Assembly: GCF_006345805.1 (NCBI RefSeq)
Contig: NC_043002.1
Span: forward strand, 91,822,001 to 91,886,000
Reading direction: 5' to 3'
Source of the DNA: Octopus sinensis
Taxonomy: Eukaryota
DNA: 64,000 bases
Shown here: positions 38,646 through 50,920 of the stretch, in pieces
How positions within the stretch are numbered: the first letter of the stretch is position 1
Layout: every line of letters starts with the position of its first letter
Position numbers and translations under genes: made by a program
The notes under the pieces: generated by a model
The model's input: only the letters and a program-made list of their open reading frames with translations
Database searches by the model: none
What the model was told of the DNA's origin: nothing

Positions 38646-38830
38646 CCACCATCGCTTGACAACCGATGTTGGGGTATTTACGTCCCGTAACTAAGCGGTT
38701 CAATACAGAAAGCGATAGAATAGGAACTAGGCTTACAAAGAATAAGACCTGGGTCGATTTTTTCGAGTAAAGCCGGTGCTCCGGCATGGCCGAAGTCAAA
38801 TGACTGAGACAAATAAAAGAATAAAAGAAT
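38646..38830 (+). mobile_element. 3' half of CORE-type SINE (family C)
   Basis: CGCTTGACAACCGATG...GGTGCTCCGGCATGGCC...ATAAAAGAATAAAAGA. Confidence 0.8.
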
Positions 38831-39677
38831 AATCGCTGATTTAATTGTTTCGTCAATCAATAAATCAGATTGTCTATGAGATCATTCATAAGTTTATCGA
38901 TGACGTACTTTCATTGCTTACGGTTTGCTGTCCTGTCTCGAAACTGTTGTTTGGGGCAAAGTCATTGATAACGTCCTTATTGATGGGAGAAAAACTCTAA
39001 CAAGCAAACTAATTGACTGATTAATTGAAAACTTAATCAAGCAATCGTTTACTTAATTGATTAATCAATGAACTAGATGTTTGATAGTCGTTTCAAAATT
39101 TGGCACAACGCCAGCAATTTCATGGAAGGAGGTAAGTCGATTATATCGACCCCAGTGTTCAACTGGTACTTATTTTATCGACCCCGAAATGATAAAAGGC
39201 ATATTTGACCTCGGCAGAATTTGAAATCAGAACGTTAAAACTGACGAAATGTCGCTAAGTATTTCGTCCGGCGTGCCAACGATTCTGAGAACTCGCCGCC
39301 TTAACGAGAAAATTAATAAGAAAAGGATGTCAAATGGAAGTAGGGCATGTGACTCGGTTGGCAAAACACTTCGTTTCACGTTGCTCCGGTCCCACTTTCG
39401 ATCAGAAGGGAATGTTGGCCTGCTTGCTTTGCCAGTGAGGCGGCGTTTGTCAAAGGAGGCTAAAACACGATGCTAAGCACATTGTAACCAGCGATGTGTT
39501 ACAACATATGATAGACTGGTCGGTCACGCGATATTTACAAAGGATCCTACGTCGGTTGCAACGACAACTGTTCTAGCACCTGAACATGCCGACTCATTAA
39601 ATTAACAAGAGTAATTATTTCACGGAGACGCGTACAACGTAATATGCAAATATGATTGGTTTCCAAATATACTGTCT

Positions 39678-39745
<68 letters not shown>

Positions 39746-39994
39746 TATATATATATAAATATATATACATATATAGCTAGTTATATACGTCATATACTCA
39801 AAATCCACTCGACATACTCCTATTTTATCCTTTCGTTAGTCATAGCTTCAGTCCTTCCAAACAGCCCCTAACACCCTAATTCTAGTCCTTTCCCAGAGAA
39901 TATCAATTAACTGGAATTCCTTTCTCCCCTGTGGTTTTCCTGCAATCATTGACTTACATATTCTCTGCGTCTGTTGTCGCACATGTAGTGCATT

Positions 39995-40310
39995 CTAACC
40001 AAATTGTTGGCTTAGTGGTTACGTATTTGGCTCATGATCGTAAGTTCAATTCCTGCGATACGTTTTGCCCTTCAGCAAATCACTATATTTCACGTTGCTC
40101 CAGTTCACTCAGGTGGCAAAAATGGGCAATATCCGAATTTCAACGGGACAGCCTTATCACACTCTGTGTCACACTGAAACTCCCTGAGAACTACGTTAAG
40201 GGTACACGTGTCTGTGGAATACTCTGCCAATTGCACGTTAATTTCACGAGCAGGCTGTTTCGTTGATCGGATCAACTGGAACCCTTGTCGTCGTAACCGA
40301 CGGATTGCCA
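39995..40310 (+). mobile_element. SINE with 18390-type head and tail module a
   Basis: Head GGCTTAGTGG; tail GAGAACTACGTTAAGGGTACACGTGTCTGTGG...GTCGTAACCGACGG. Confidence 0.75.
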
Positions 40311-40635
40311 CCTACTCCAACCTAGTGATGATAAAATTCATCTGACTAAAGATTTCTTTTTTTTTCTTTTTGTCGTTATCAAAAATTACACTCTGAAGCT
40401 GAAAACTGCTAGATTTGTTTTCTATCATAAGTAACTAGTGTTCGCGAAGATTTTTTTTCAGCTAATACAATATCGTTTGTTAACAACAACCAAATTTGTC
40501 TTTTTTCACAACGTGCATTAGCCTTAAAAATATTTCACGCCAATCCAAGCGAAAATAACAAGTGTAAAATCACTATGACCTGACATAACACTAGGAAGTT
40601 ATTGCTGTTATGTAACTAAAAGCAATTGAAGGTTT

Positions 40636-40957
40636 ATACGATAAACGATAAAAGTCGCCCATTTCGAGCCTAGCCAGGCTCATGGGCCCGGTTTTCCGGT
40701 TTCTGTGGCGTATGTGTTACTCCCAGCTGGACGGGACGCCAGTCCATCGCAGCGTTACTCAAGAAACAGGAAGAGAGAGTGAGAGAAAGTCCGTGCGGAA
40801 GAGTACAACAGGGGTCACAATCACCCTCTGCCGGAGCCTCGTGGAGCTTTTAGGTGTTTTCGCTCAATAAACACACACAACGCCCGGTCTGGAAATCGAA
40901 AGCGCGATCCTCCGACCGCGATTCCGCTACCCTAACCACTGGGCTATTGCGCCTCCC
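40636..40957 (-). mobile_element. SINE family R with tail module b and 13-bp TSD
   Basis: TSD CAATTGAAGGTTT at 40623-40635 and 40958-40970. Confidence 0.88.
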
Positions 40958-41119
40958 CAATTGAAGGTTTGTAACATCACATTATCGAATTATCAATGGA
41001 GTTGGACCTACAGATAATCCTTTCTATTCAATATGTCTTACGATTACTAACTACTGCAAGACGTTCGACGTGTTACTCTCTACGTGCACAATTAACAACG
41101 TTGATTCCTTTATTAAGAA

Positions 41120-41513
41120 CTAGCAGTATCGCCCGGCGTTGCTCGGGTTTGTAAGGGAAATAACTATATAAGCATTTTTAGAGAGTTATAGCCAAAAAAT
41201 AGCAAAAAATGCATTAAAAATGGAAAAAAATGATGGTGAATTTTTTCAAAAATCGTTGACTCATCGTAGACATTTTAGAGAGTTACTTCCCTTATATAAT
41301 AGCGAAAAATGCATTAAAATGGGAAAAAATGATGGTAAATTTTTTTTTAAATCGTAGACTCATCGTAGACGCGCGCTAATACCCAGAAGGGATCGATATG
41401 AATCACGACTATAAGATACCCGGTTTTGGTTAAACTGCACCGCAAAATGTGGGAGTAGTTAGGAATCTAAATCGTAGGAGACAGACACACAACTTGACTT
41501 TTATATATAAAGA
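41120..41513 (-). mobile_element. Non-autonomous Helitron
   Basis: On the minus strand A|TC...hairpin CCCGAGCAACGCCGGG...CTAG|T; highly similar to 49253-49650 and 53629-54021. Confidence 0.85.
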
Positions 41514-42537
41514 TGTATTCGATGAAGGAAGATAATAATTCAAACTGTTAAATTTACACCTATGAAATCCTCCTTCTTCGAACTATATATTAAATTCGTA
41601 GAATGAATATAATCCCACTTTCTCTCTCATTTATACAACCATCTTCATGCATCAGACGACTGGTTCATTTGCGCAGTCACACCTAGTCAACTTATTACTG
41701 ATATAACTCGAGATTTAATGTCCATATTTCTTAGTAATTAATTATAATTTGAATATCATAACATCTTATTATTCAAATGATAATGAGCTAGCAGTCTGAA
41801 ATTTCAGTTAATTTGTTTGTTAGTTTATTTATTGTATGCCATCATTACGAGAGAAGAGAAATAATTAAACCATGCTAGATAAAATTATAATTCTTCATAT
41901 CTTCTGTCTTTGATTTAGACGCTTATAAACTAATATTTTAATGTTCTGCCAAGACGAGGCTTTGATTTCAAAGCTGATATTTTAATGCCAGTGGCGAGAA
42001 ACGAACTGACAATATATGACTCTTTAGTCTTATGATCTCTAATGTCGATCATTGTGTATTTCAATTGCCACCGGACTTTCGTGTATATATTTCCATTTAA
42101 AAGCTGATTTAATTATAGGAATATTTCTTTAAAGAGAAACAAGAAAATATTACTTCGGTACTCAGTGATGAATTTATAAAGATTAAGCTATGAAAAAATG
42201 CGATATAAGATATCTTAACTGTAGCGGTTAAAATGCTTCTGAATTTCAGAAATATTTATTATGTATTTATGTATTTATGTATTTATTGATAATCGACTAC
42301 AAAGAACAGGATAACATTTCGAATCCAAAAGAACATCAACGAAACTACTTTTAGCAGTCAATTATAGAGAAGGTGAACACTGAAACCTTTTATATTTCAT
42401 CCATGATGCAACTATTGTTTGGTAAATGGCTTTGAAGATGATTTCTTCAAAATCTCTCAAACAAAATTACAAAAAAAAAATATATATAAATAAATAAATA
42501 AATTAAAAGAAAAAAGACCAGAAATGTGATTTCTTAC

Positions 42538-42786
42538 TTTTTACTGTTTTTTGCTACACCAAACCTATTGTTCTTTAAATCGTCGTCGCAGTCACCGTCG
42601 CTGCTATTGCGTTTATTGTTAATGTTGTTGCAGATGATGACGATGATGATGATGATGATGATGATATTACTATGTTGTGTTGATGTTGTTGTTGCTGTTT
42701 CATGTTGTTGCTGCAATCTGAGTTGTGCTGCTATTTCATGTGGTCCGTTATATGTATTGCACAAATCGTAGCAGCATCACGACCAT
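42538..42786 (-). other. Candidate non-coding (5' UTR or lncRNA) exon
   Basis: Acceptor GCGTCTTTTCAG| at 42787, donor AAAA|GTAAGA at 42537, next to (GA)n; stops in all three frames. Confidence 0.25.
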
Positions 42787-42896
42787 CTGAAAAGACGCCT
42801 GCAGGAAACCCTCTCCTCCTGCAGCTAATTCGTGCAACTAAGTAAATATCAGCTGTCTTTTTTTTTTCTCTCTCTCTTTCTTTCTCTCTCTGTCTT

Positions 42897-42942
<46 letters not shown>

Positions 42943-43111
42943 CCTGCCTCTCTATGATTTGTCTTTGCATCATTTTACATACACATTTATACACATGCAG
43001 TTACACTCACATATACATACATACATACATACAAATACACACATATACATGCTTACGTATGTATAAATATATATATATACATGCCTACATACATGTATAA
43101 TTACATATATG

Positions 43112-43151
<40 letters not shown>

Positions 43152-43158
43152 TATATGC

Positions 43159-43271
<113 letters not shown>

Positions 43272-43384
43272 CTCACACACACTCAAAAACACTCGTTTCA
43301 ATTGATTTTTATTCATTAGATTGTCGCTTGTTTTCCTTCACTGAATTTTTGTCTTTTGCATTTTGAAATCTCTGAACAATGGTG

Positions 43385-43751
43385 GTATTTCCTCTCTCTC
43401 TCTTTATACTCTCTCTCTCTCCCTCCCTCTTTATCTATCTGTCTGTCTGTTTGACTGTGTCTGTCAGCTTGACTGTGTGTCTGTCTGTCAGTCTATCTAT
43501 GCACATATGTGTCTCTATATCTCATCCTTTCCTGTCTCTGTCTGTAAAGCTATTCACCAACGCTTTCACCATATCTCTTCAACAGACTTTTCTCATTTAT
43601 TTTTTCGCCTTTCACCTTTCTCTCTCTCTCTCTCTCTCTCTTGCTCTCTCTTTCTCTCCACACGCACACACTTTATTACTCTCTTTATCTTTCTCTCTCT
43701 TTCTCTTTCTCTCACTCTTTCTCTTTCTCTCACTCTTTCTCTCACTCTTTC

Positions 43752-43782
<31 letters not shown>

Positions 43783-44093
43783 TGCTCTCTCTTTCTCTCT
43801 CCATACACACACACACTTTATTACTCTCTCTATCTTTCTCTCTCGCTCTCTCTCTTTCTCTTTCTCTCTCCCTATCATTCTTTTTGTCTCTAACTCTTAT
43901 TTTCTCTTTATTTCACCCAGTCATGTGTTTCTCTTTCCCCTATTCCCCCCTCCTCTCTCTATTAACTCTATTTTCTTTTCTCGCTTCCTTCGATCCACTC
44001 ACTATTCCCCTCACCCCTCTTTCTCTTTCTCACCCCCTTTTTTTCACTCTCTTTTTTCACCCATTCCTTCCCTCAGCACATATTTTTCTTCAG
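43385..44093 (+). repeat. About 700-bp polypyrimidine (CT-rich) tract with an internal duplication of about 80 bp
   Basis: Directly visible. Confidence 0.85.
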
Positions 44094-44479
44094 GTATTTA
44101 ATTCGTTCCTTTGTTTTTTTCTATATCATACGCTATTCCAAATCGTTTCACAATTTCTTTTTATTATATTATCCAATCGAAAATTTACCTTCATCACGTT
44201 AACCAAATAACCCAAATATTTATACCTTGAACCTTTAAACTTTATCGTTGTAGAGAAAAAATCTTCAACAGAGCTAAATCTCGCTCTCTGATTTTTTCCA
44301 CAAAAATTCAAAAACAACCAAACAGAAACTAAGCAATTATCTTAATAACTTATTAAAAAGTTTAGTAATTTAAACTCTACCCCACCCCCAACTCATATGT
44401 ATTATATGTTTGATAATCATTTGTATAAAAAATTTATTTACTCATGACATTCTTCACTCACTATGAATATATGAATGAT

Positions 44480-44950
44480 ATCCCTGGGTTATTTCCCTTG
44501 CAGTTTTTCTGTATTCATTTTCTCGTTAACATATCTAGAATCATCTTATACGTATGGGTATTCCTCTGTCACCATTGATATAGCAGACATGTGAAGAATA
44601 ATATTTCAATGAAAAATTATGATAAATTTAAACCCTATGCAGCCTTAGAGCCTCCATGAAAAAAATTTTGCAAGATGGAGCATGATTGCTTTCAGGTACA
44701 TCGAAAGCGCAAGGAATTCTCTTGTGATACAAGGAAGCTGCACAGTTCTTGGCAAGCATTTTATCTTATAGACCTTTGAATAATCAAAAGTAGATAAAAA
44801 ATAAGTCAACATCTGCAAGCTTTGCAATGAATTAATAAATAATTTTAAATGAGAAGCAGTTGTTGGAAATATGATTACCAAATCATTAAATTTCTGGAAG
44901 TTCGTCAATTCTCATACTATTGTGGATGACAGGCAACCATTTTCGCTATT
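44480..44950 (-). mobile_element. Possible very decayed LINE RT fragment
   Basis: FDYSKVY, DVPES and DDS in the order expected for LDFSKAF, GVPQGS and YADD. Confidence 0.25.
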
Positions 44951-45526
44951 TTTAACCAAGGAAGTGTACACCAAGTGGATAGGGTACCAGATAATGAATG
45001 AACCGAAAGATCACCGGTTGTGTCCGACAATCGGCACTACGTTGTGATCGAGACCAACACAATTACCAGGTGTCATATACAACTAACTCTATTAATGTAC
45101 AGAGAAAGCATGGCGAAACTAACAAAAATTCTTTAATAATAGCAATAATCGTTCCTGTCACAGTCACAAGGCTTGAAGTTTAGGAGAGGTTGTTAGTCTG
45201 CTAAATTAATCCTAAGCAAGATTAACTTCGATGGATTTGAACTCAGAACGTAATGAGCTAGAACATATACCACATGGCATTTTGTCCGTACCTCAGGTGA
45301 TTCAGGCGATCTACTATCTTTGCAATGATAGTAATAACAATCTGCAGCAATGACACTGGGCCACTTATTTTGAGGAAGGTTAGAATTAAATAAACTGATC
45401 AAATACCTAAATAATCCTTATTAGTTTTTGCCTGGAGATATTCCAGTTATTTTGTAAACAATAAGACGGTTGGAAGTTTTATTTCGGGATCCATTAAACT
45501 GAACCCAGAACTTGGGAAGCAAGCTT

Positions 45527-46913
45527 TTTTTTTTATTTCTTTTAAATTGCCATAGAGGCATTACAAAGAGGGGGACACTACAACACATTTGGGGACATAT
45601 AACAATTAAAAATACAAAAATAAAATGGGATATAATGAATGATACATGAATTTACATGAAAACAAATTAAAATATAACATAAATGATATCTGAGAATGAT
45701 ATGAAGAGTTTGCTACTTACTCCACACTGAGTAACACCAGTCACCGCCTTTGGGTTCTAAGTCCTTTTTCTCCTCCATTCCAATCCTTTTTCCCTTTTCT
45801 CCATCACTTAGTGACATCATTCTCTCCGCCATGCATTTGTAACCTTTTTGTGGAGTTTGTTCTTTCTTTTTCTGTTTTTCTTTCTTGTGGGGGAAATGCG
45901 GTGGATGGGCTTGGTGTCTGTATGGGGAGGGGGGGCCTGAGCGGTTTTGGGTGGGATGGAGTTGGACTGGAGTAAACATCATACTCAGTTTTTTTTCTCT
46001 TTCTCCTTCTGCTCTCTGTAACTTTCCATTCTTCCTCCTTTTCCTCCTTTCCTCCGTCTGTCTTTTTCTTCCCCTCTTTTCTCTTCCGTCTCCACAACTG
46101 TTTCCTCAGTCATTCTCCTCTGTAGAGGGCAGTATGCTCTAATGTGGCCCTTTTGGCCACATTTAAAACAACGTGGTACTCTGCCCTCTACCCGCACCCT
46201 CAGCACCATTTCCCCCAACGTCGCCTTCTCTGCCAAGTTCTCCAGTTGCCCTCCTCCGTCTGAATAATGATTTCAAGTGTCTTTCTCTTCCACCCTCCTT
46301 CCGTTTCTGTAGCTTGGAGGATATCCAACTTCTCGCTTCCAAGATGGACAGCTGCCGCTACCCAAGCCGCTTCTATATCCGGTGGAATTGCTTCTACCCT
46401 CACCTTGGAAGTTTTTCTTCCTCTGTTTTCACCGCCACACTCGCCACCTCCTCACCTCCTCTACTGTCCTAAATTGGACGACCATTGTCCCATATCTTCT
46501 TCCTTTGGTTATCTACATTATCTCCTTTGACCGTTCCCTCAGCGCCTTTTCCACTTCTGCCACCACCTGTTCTGGCTTTTTCCTTTTCAACGAGTACACC
46601 TTATAGGCGATCGTTTTTTTCTTCTCCATCCTCTCCATTTGAGGAGCGACAACTTCATGTCGCCGACCACCTTCTGAGCCATCTTCTCATACTCCTTCAG
46701 ACCAGCCAAGTCCAGCTCCCTTTGCTTCACCTCCGTAGCTTCAGCAAAACTCGACTTCAACACTCCGTCCATCTTTATGACCGTCCTTACCAGCTCCTTC
46801 GATGACGACGACAACTCAGACCCGTCGAGGTCTGAGTACATCTTCTAAACAACATAAAAAACTACGTCCGACTCTTACAAAATCCAAGCAGCAAATAATC
46901 CGAGGCATGCGCA
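45527..46913 (-). mobile_element. Element B: ORF1-only non-autonomous L1/Tx1-type retroelement, about 1.39 kb, poly(A)-tailed
   Basis: TSD GAAGCAAGCTT at 45516-45526 and 46914-46924; T-run at 45525-45534 = poly(A); splits a family C SINE head (46925-46947 and 45495-45515). Confidence 0.85.
45780..46841 (-). pseudogene. Frameshifted ORF1/gag-like protein with CCHC knuckle
   Basis: MYSDLDGSE start; GRRYGTMVVQF; VEAIPPDIEAAWV; VEGRVPRCFKCGQKGHIRAYCP; motif-level similarity to element A ORF1. Confidence 0.8.
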
Positions 46914-47563
46914 GAAGCAAGCTTCTTACCACATAGCCATGCCTGCGCATATATATGTATATTTTCATATATTCATACATGCATACATACATACATACAT
47001 ACATACATACATACATACATACATGCATACATACATACATACATACATACATACATACATACATACAAACGGAAAATGGAAGATGGAAGATATAAGAATC
47101 TTTATTCATCACTGCAATTGTTTCGATCCATCTACCATTAATCTTTCGCCTCTCTCATTTATCAAACACCCAACGAACACTAAGCTAGTGAACTACCAGG
47201 TGTGTACCATACGATTTTTTTTAACTATGTGAAATATTTGTAAATATCAAATATTTAAATTCTATTTATATATAAATTACAAATGTGCCATTGAAAGTCC
47301 TGATAGCGCTACATCAGCTGGTGGAGAAGAGCCATGCAATGAACGCGCAAAGAGCACAGCATAAGGATGGAAAGTCATGGTGGTGCTCCAGCATGACCAC
47401 AGCCACTTGGCTGAAACGAAAGAAATAAAATATATTTAAAAGCCTAATTCATTGTGGTAACTGCAGTAAATTAAGCATGAAAGAAATGCTTAAATTGATA
47501 CACAGATTATTTCCCTCTATCTATCTGTCTATCTATCTAACTTGTATATTCCTATATATATAT

Positions 47564-48090
47564 TTAATACAAAACTATGAGAGAATCCACTATGTGGACG
47601 CTCTTACGCTAGATATAGATCCGCAAACCAAAGAATCCACCACCAAAGAATTGTTCTCAAGAAATAATTCAACACACCAAGAACGTAAGCGAGCAGGACA
47701 AATGAAAAATAACGAAAATATAGATTAACTCTATACAATTGTTTCATCGTTAATAAATTATGTAATTTTACTTACATAATATCTTCGATTCATCAGTAGA
47801 GTACGTCAAAAATATAATTTGTCGAACTGCACAGCAAATATCAACATGAGGTTGGAGATTATATTCGGCCGATTATATTCACAGTTACATTCAAATGCCC
47901 TCGTTCTGGCGCGCTAAATTCCCGAATATAAATACTGCATAAGTAATTTACTGCCGGTTTGAGAACATATTAATTTATAATTGAAGTCAAAATAAGGGTG
48001 AAACAATTCTTTGGTGGTGGATGCTCTTTGCGGATCTATATCTAGCGTAAGAGCGTCCACATAGTGGATTCTCTCATAGTTTTGTATTAA
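47564..48090 (-). mobile_element. Fold-back element with about 90-bp near-perfect inverted arms (47564-47655 and 48002-48090) enclosing a hammerhead
   Basis: Arms identical as reverse complements except one short patch (ACCAAAGAAT vs AGAGCAT). Confidence 0.9.
47728..47802 (-). ncRNA. Type I hammerhead ribozyme, intact core
   Basis: Stem I ACUCUA/UAGAGU, CUGAUGA, stem II AUCG/CGAU with inner AUUAUGUAA/UUACAUAAU hairpin, GAAA, palindromic ACAAUUGU, cleavage GUA (between 47734 and 47733). Confidence 0.8.
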
Positions 48091-48370
48091 TAATATTTAC
48101 TGAATCCCAGTCTTTCATACGCCAGGCCACTTGGTGTTTGAATTGGTGTTATCAAATTAATATCCAATTTTTTTTTACCCTTAGTTTGACTTTATATATA
48201 TATATATATAAATCCGAGCCGTCGCGTCGCTCTAAGTGAGTATGACATGATTGTGTGTTTCATTCTTACTCCAAACGTTTTTGACAACAATGAAATCGCA
48301 AGGGATATCAACTATCTCTGGCCATTCTCCTAGTCTTGACCCAGCAGCGTATTGAGGACATGACAATATC

Positions 48371-48414
<44 letters not shown>

Positions 48415-49252
48415 ATAGATAGACAGATTGATCAGATAGAGTAGATAGATTAGATAGATACACACACACCATGCACACGTAAAAACCACGCAAACACATA
48501 CATATATATATATATATATACACACATATATGTATATGTATGTACAGTGTGTGTGTGTATGTGTGTATTAGTATGTATCTGCATGTCTGCATTATTGTAT
48601 ATAATTATGTATATACGTGTATGAAAGAAGCTACGTAGAAACATTTTGATTAAAAGCAGGCGTGATAAATCAAGCACCCGGTGTATCACTTTATCAAGCT
48701 GTATAACATTTTATTACTTTGATGTTTCATTCGTAAATAAATGTTTATATAAATATATCGATTACCTATATATCGTTGTATGTATTCGCAACCACCATGT
48801 TGCGTGGAAACGAATCGCTACAATGTGTATCCATAAAGGAATAATGAAGTTACGTTATTGCTATAATATTATGGAAGCGTATAAAGATCACTGAGGATTC
48901 CCATCTTTTAAAAACACATAAAGGTCACTGAGGGATTATGGAGGATACAAAATATATAAACAAACAAACTTGTAAGCGTTGTGTGGCGCAGTACAAAAGT
49001 TAAACTCACAGCGTGCCGATATACCTCACCGATTTAATTCCAAACTGCATCTGTTTTGCTTCATCTCTTCAGGTAACTATCTTCAGAAAGGCATGAAATC
49101 CACATAATCGTGTTGTTTACTCTTATACACCTGTGGTTTTATGTCTCAATTGAAAACTCCACACTCTGCTAGATTTATACGTTCAATTTACACGTTTACA
49201 TGTTATTTTACACGTTAAAATTACTTAATTTACACGTTCAATTTATATGTAA

Positions 49253-49650
49253 CTAGCAGTATCGCCCGGCGTTGCTCGGCTTTGTAAGGGAAATAACTAT
49301 AAAAGCATTTTTAGAGAGTTATAGCCAAAAAATAGCCAAAAGTGCATTAAAAATGGAAAAAAAATTATGGTAAATTTTTTTTTTAATCGTTGACTCATCG
49401 TAGACATTTTTAGAGAGTTACTTCCCTTATATTATAGCGAAAAAATGCATTAAAATGGAAAAATTATGTTAAATTTTTTTTAAATCGTAGACTCATCGTA
49501 GACGCGCGCTAATACCCAGAAGGGCTCGATATGAATCATGACTATAAGATACCCGCTTTTGGTTACACTGCATCGCAAAATGTGGGAATAGTTAGGATTC
49601 TAAATCGTAGGAGACAGACACTCACACAACTTCACTTTTATATATAAAGA
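49253..49650 (-). mobile_element. Non-autonomous Helitron
   Basis: Same termini and hairpin as 41120-41513; inserted in a degenerate TTTACACGTT array. Confidence 0.85.
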
Positions 49651-50465
49651 TATAGTCGTTAGTTTTCACATTCAATTTATACGTTAGTTTACCCGTTAAC
49701 TTACCCGTTCAACTTCTAGTAATTTGAGTTCACGAACTTGTTTTGAATCCGGTTTCAGGCATATCATTTTACTTCACTGAAGTTGGAAAACGTATGAACG
49801 GCATATAATTTCATTTTGCTTATGCATACAGTCAAAGCTAGTATGGCCATTACTTTAACATTACAATTTGCTTATAAAGTATATTTATTACAATTTATCA
49901 CAATATAAAGTATAATTATCATTCAGAACAGATCCCCAGTTCTTTCACGATCACATTTCCCTGAAGTCATTGATATGTACACGTTTGCCTGGACATTAGT
50001 TACCTCGGTTTCACCAATTCTCACTAGTCTAGGAGTGCCTTAAGTGATCTTGGGTATTGCTTGTCTGACCAGCTCATAGAAAGAAATTTCGATATTTTAT
50101 ATGTTAGTAAACACTGAATCTATTATCATAACGCGGGGACATGTCGCATGTTTAAAAACAAAAACGCGCGAACATCCCTAAAGTAACACAACATAATATA
50201 ACTCTTCTTCAACAAAAGGAAATTCTTCAACTTATTCAGGTGTCGAAGTGGTTGAACAAAGGGGATTATCAGCTTAGCAGTGGATAAGTTCGCAAATCTT
50301 TCCCATCACTGAAATGCATAGTGTGTGACCGTCTAAAACCCTGAAAATCACAAACTCGGGCAAACTCGGTGTTATGGATTGCTTCATTGCCGAAAGTAGC
50401 GAAAGCATTATGTAACTGAAAAGTAAGGCGGCGAACTGGCAAAATCGTTGGTAAAACGGACAAAA

Positions 50466-50920
50466 TAGGCGTAGGAGTGGCTGTGTGGTAAGTAGCTTGT
50501 TTACGAACCACGTGGTTCCGAGTTCAGTCCCACTACATGGCACCTTGGGCAAGTGTCTTCTACTATAGCCTCGGGCCGACCAAAGCCTTGTGAGTGGATT
50601 TGGTAGACGGAAACTGAAAGAAGCCCGTCTTATATATATATATATATATATAATATATATATATATATATGTATGTGTGTGTATATGTTTGTGTGTCTGT
50701 GTTTATCCCCCGCCCCCCACCCCCAACATCGCTTGACAACCGATGCTGGTGTGTTTAAATCCCCGTAACTTAGCGATTCGGCAAAAGAGACCGATAGAAT
50801 AAGTACTAGGCTTACAAAGAATAAGTTCTAGGGTCGATTTGCTCGACTAAAGGCGGTGCTCCAGCATGGCCACAGTCACGTCACTGAAACAAGTAAAAGA
50901 GTAAAAGAGTGAAGAGTAAA
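50466..50920 (+). mobile_element. Full-length CORE-type SINE (family C)
   Basis: tRNA-like head, CCTTGGGCAAGTGTCTTCTACTATAGCC core, microsatellite, tail ending (AGTAAAAG)n. Confidence 0.88.

Noticed and set aside
43363-44210. Three overlapping long Leu/Ser-rich ORFs
   Set aside because: Artefact of the CT-rich tract.
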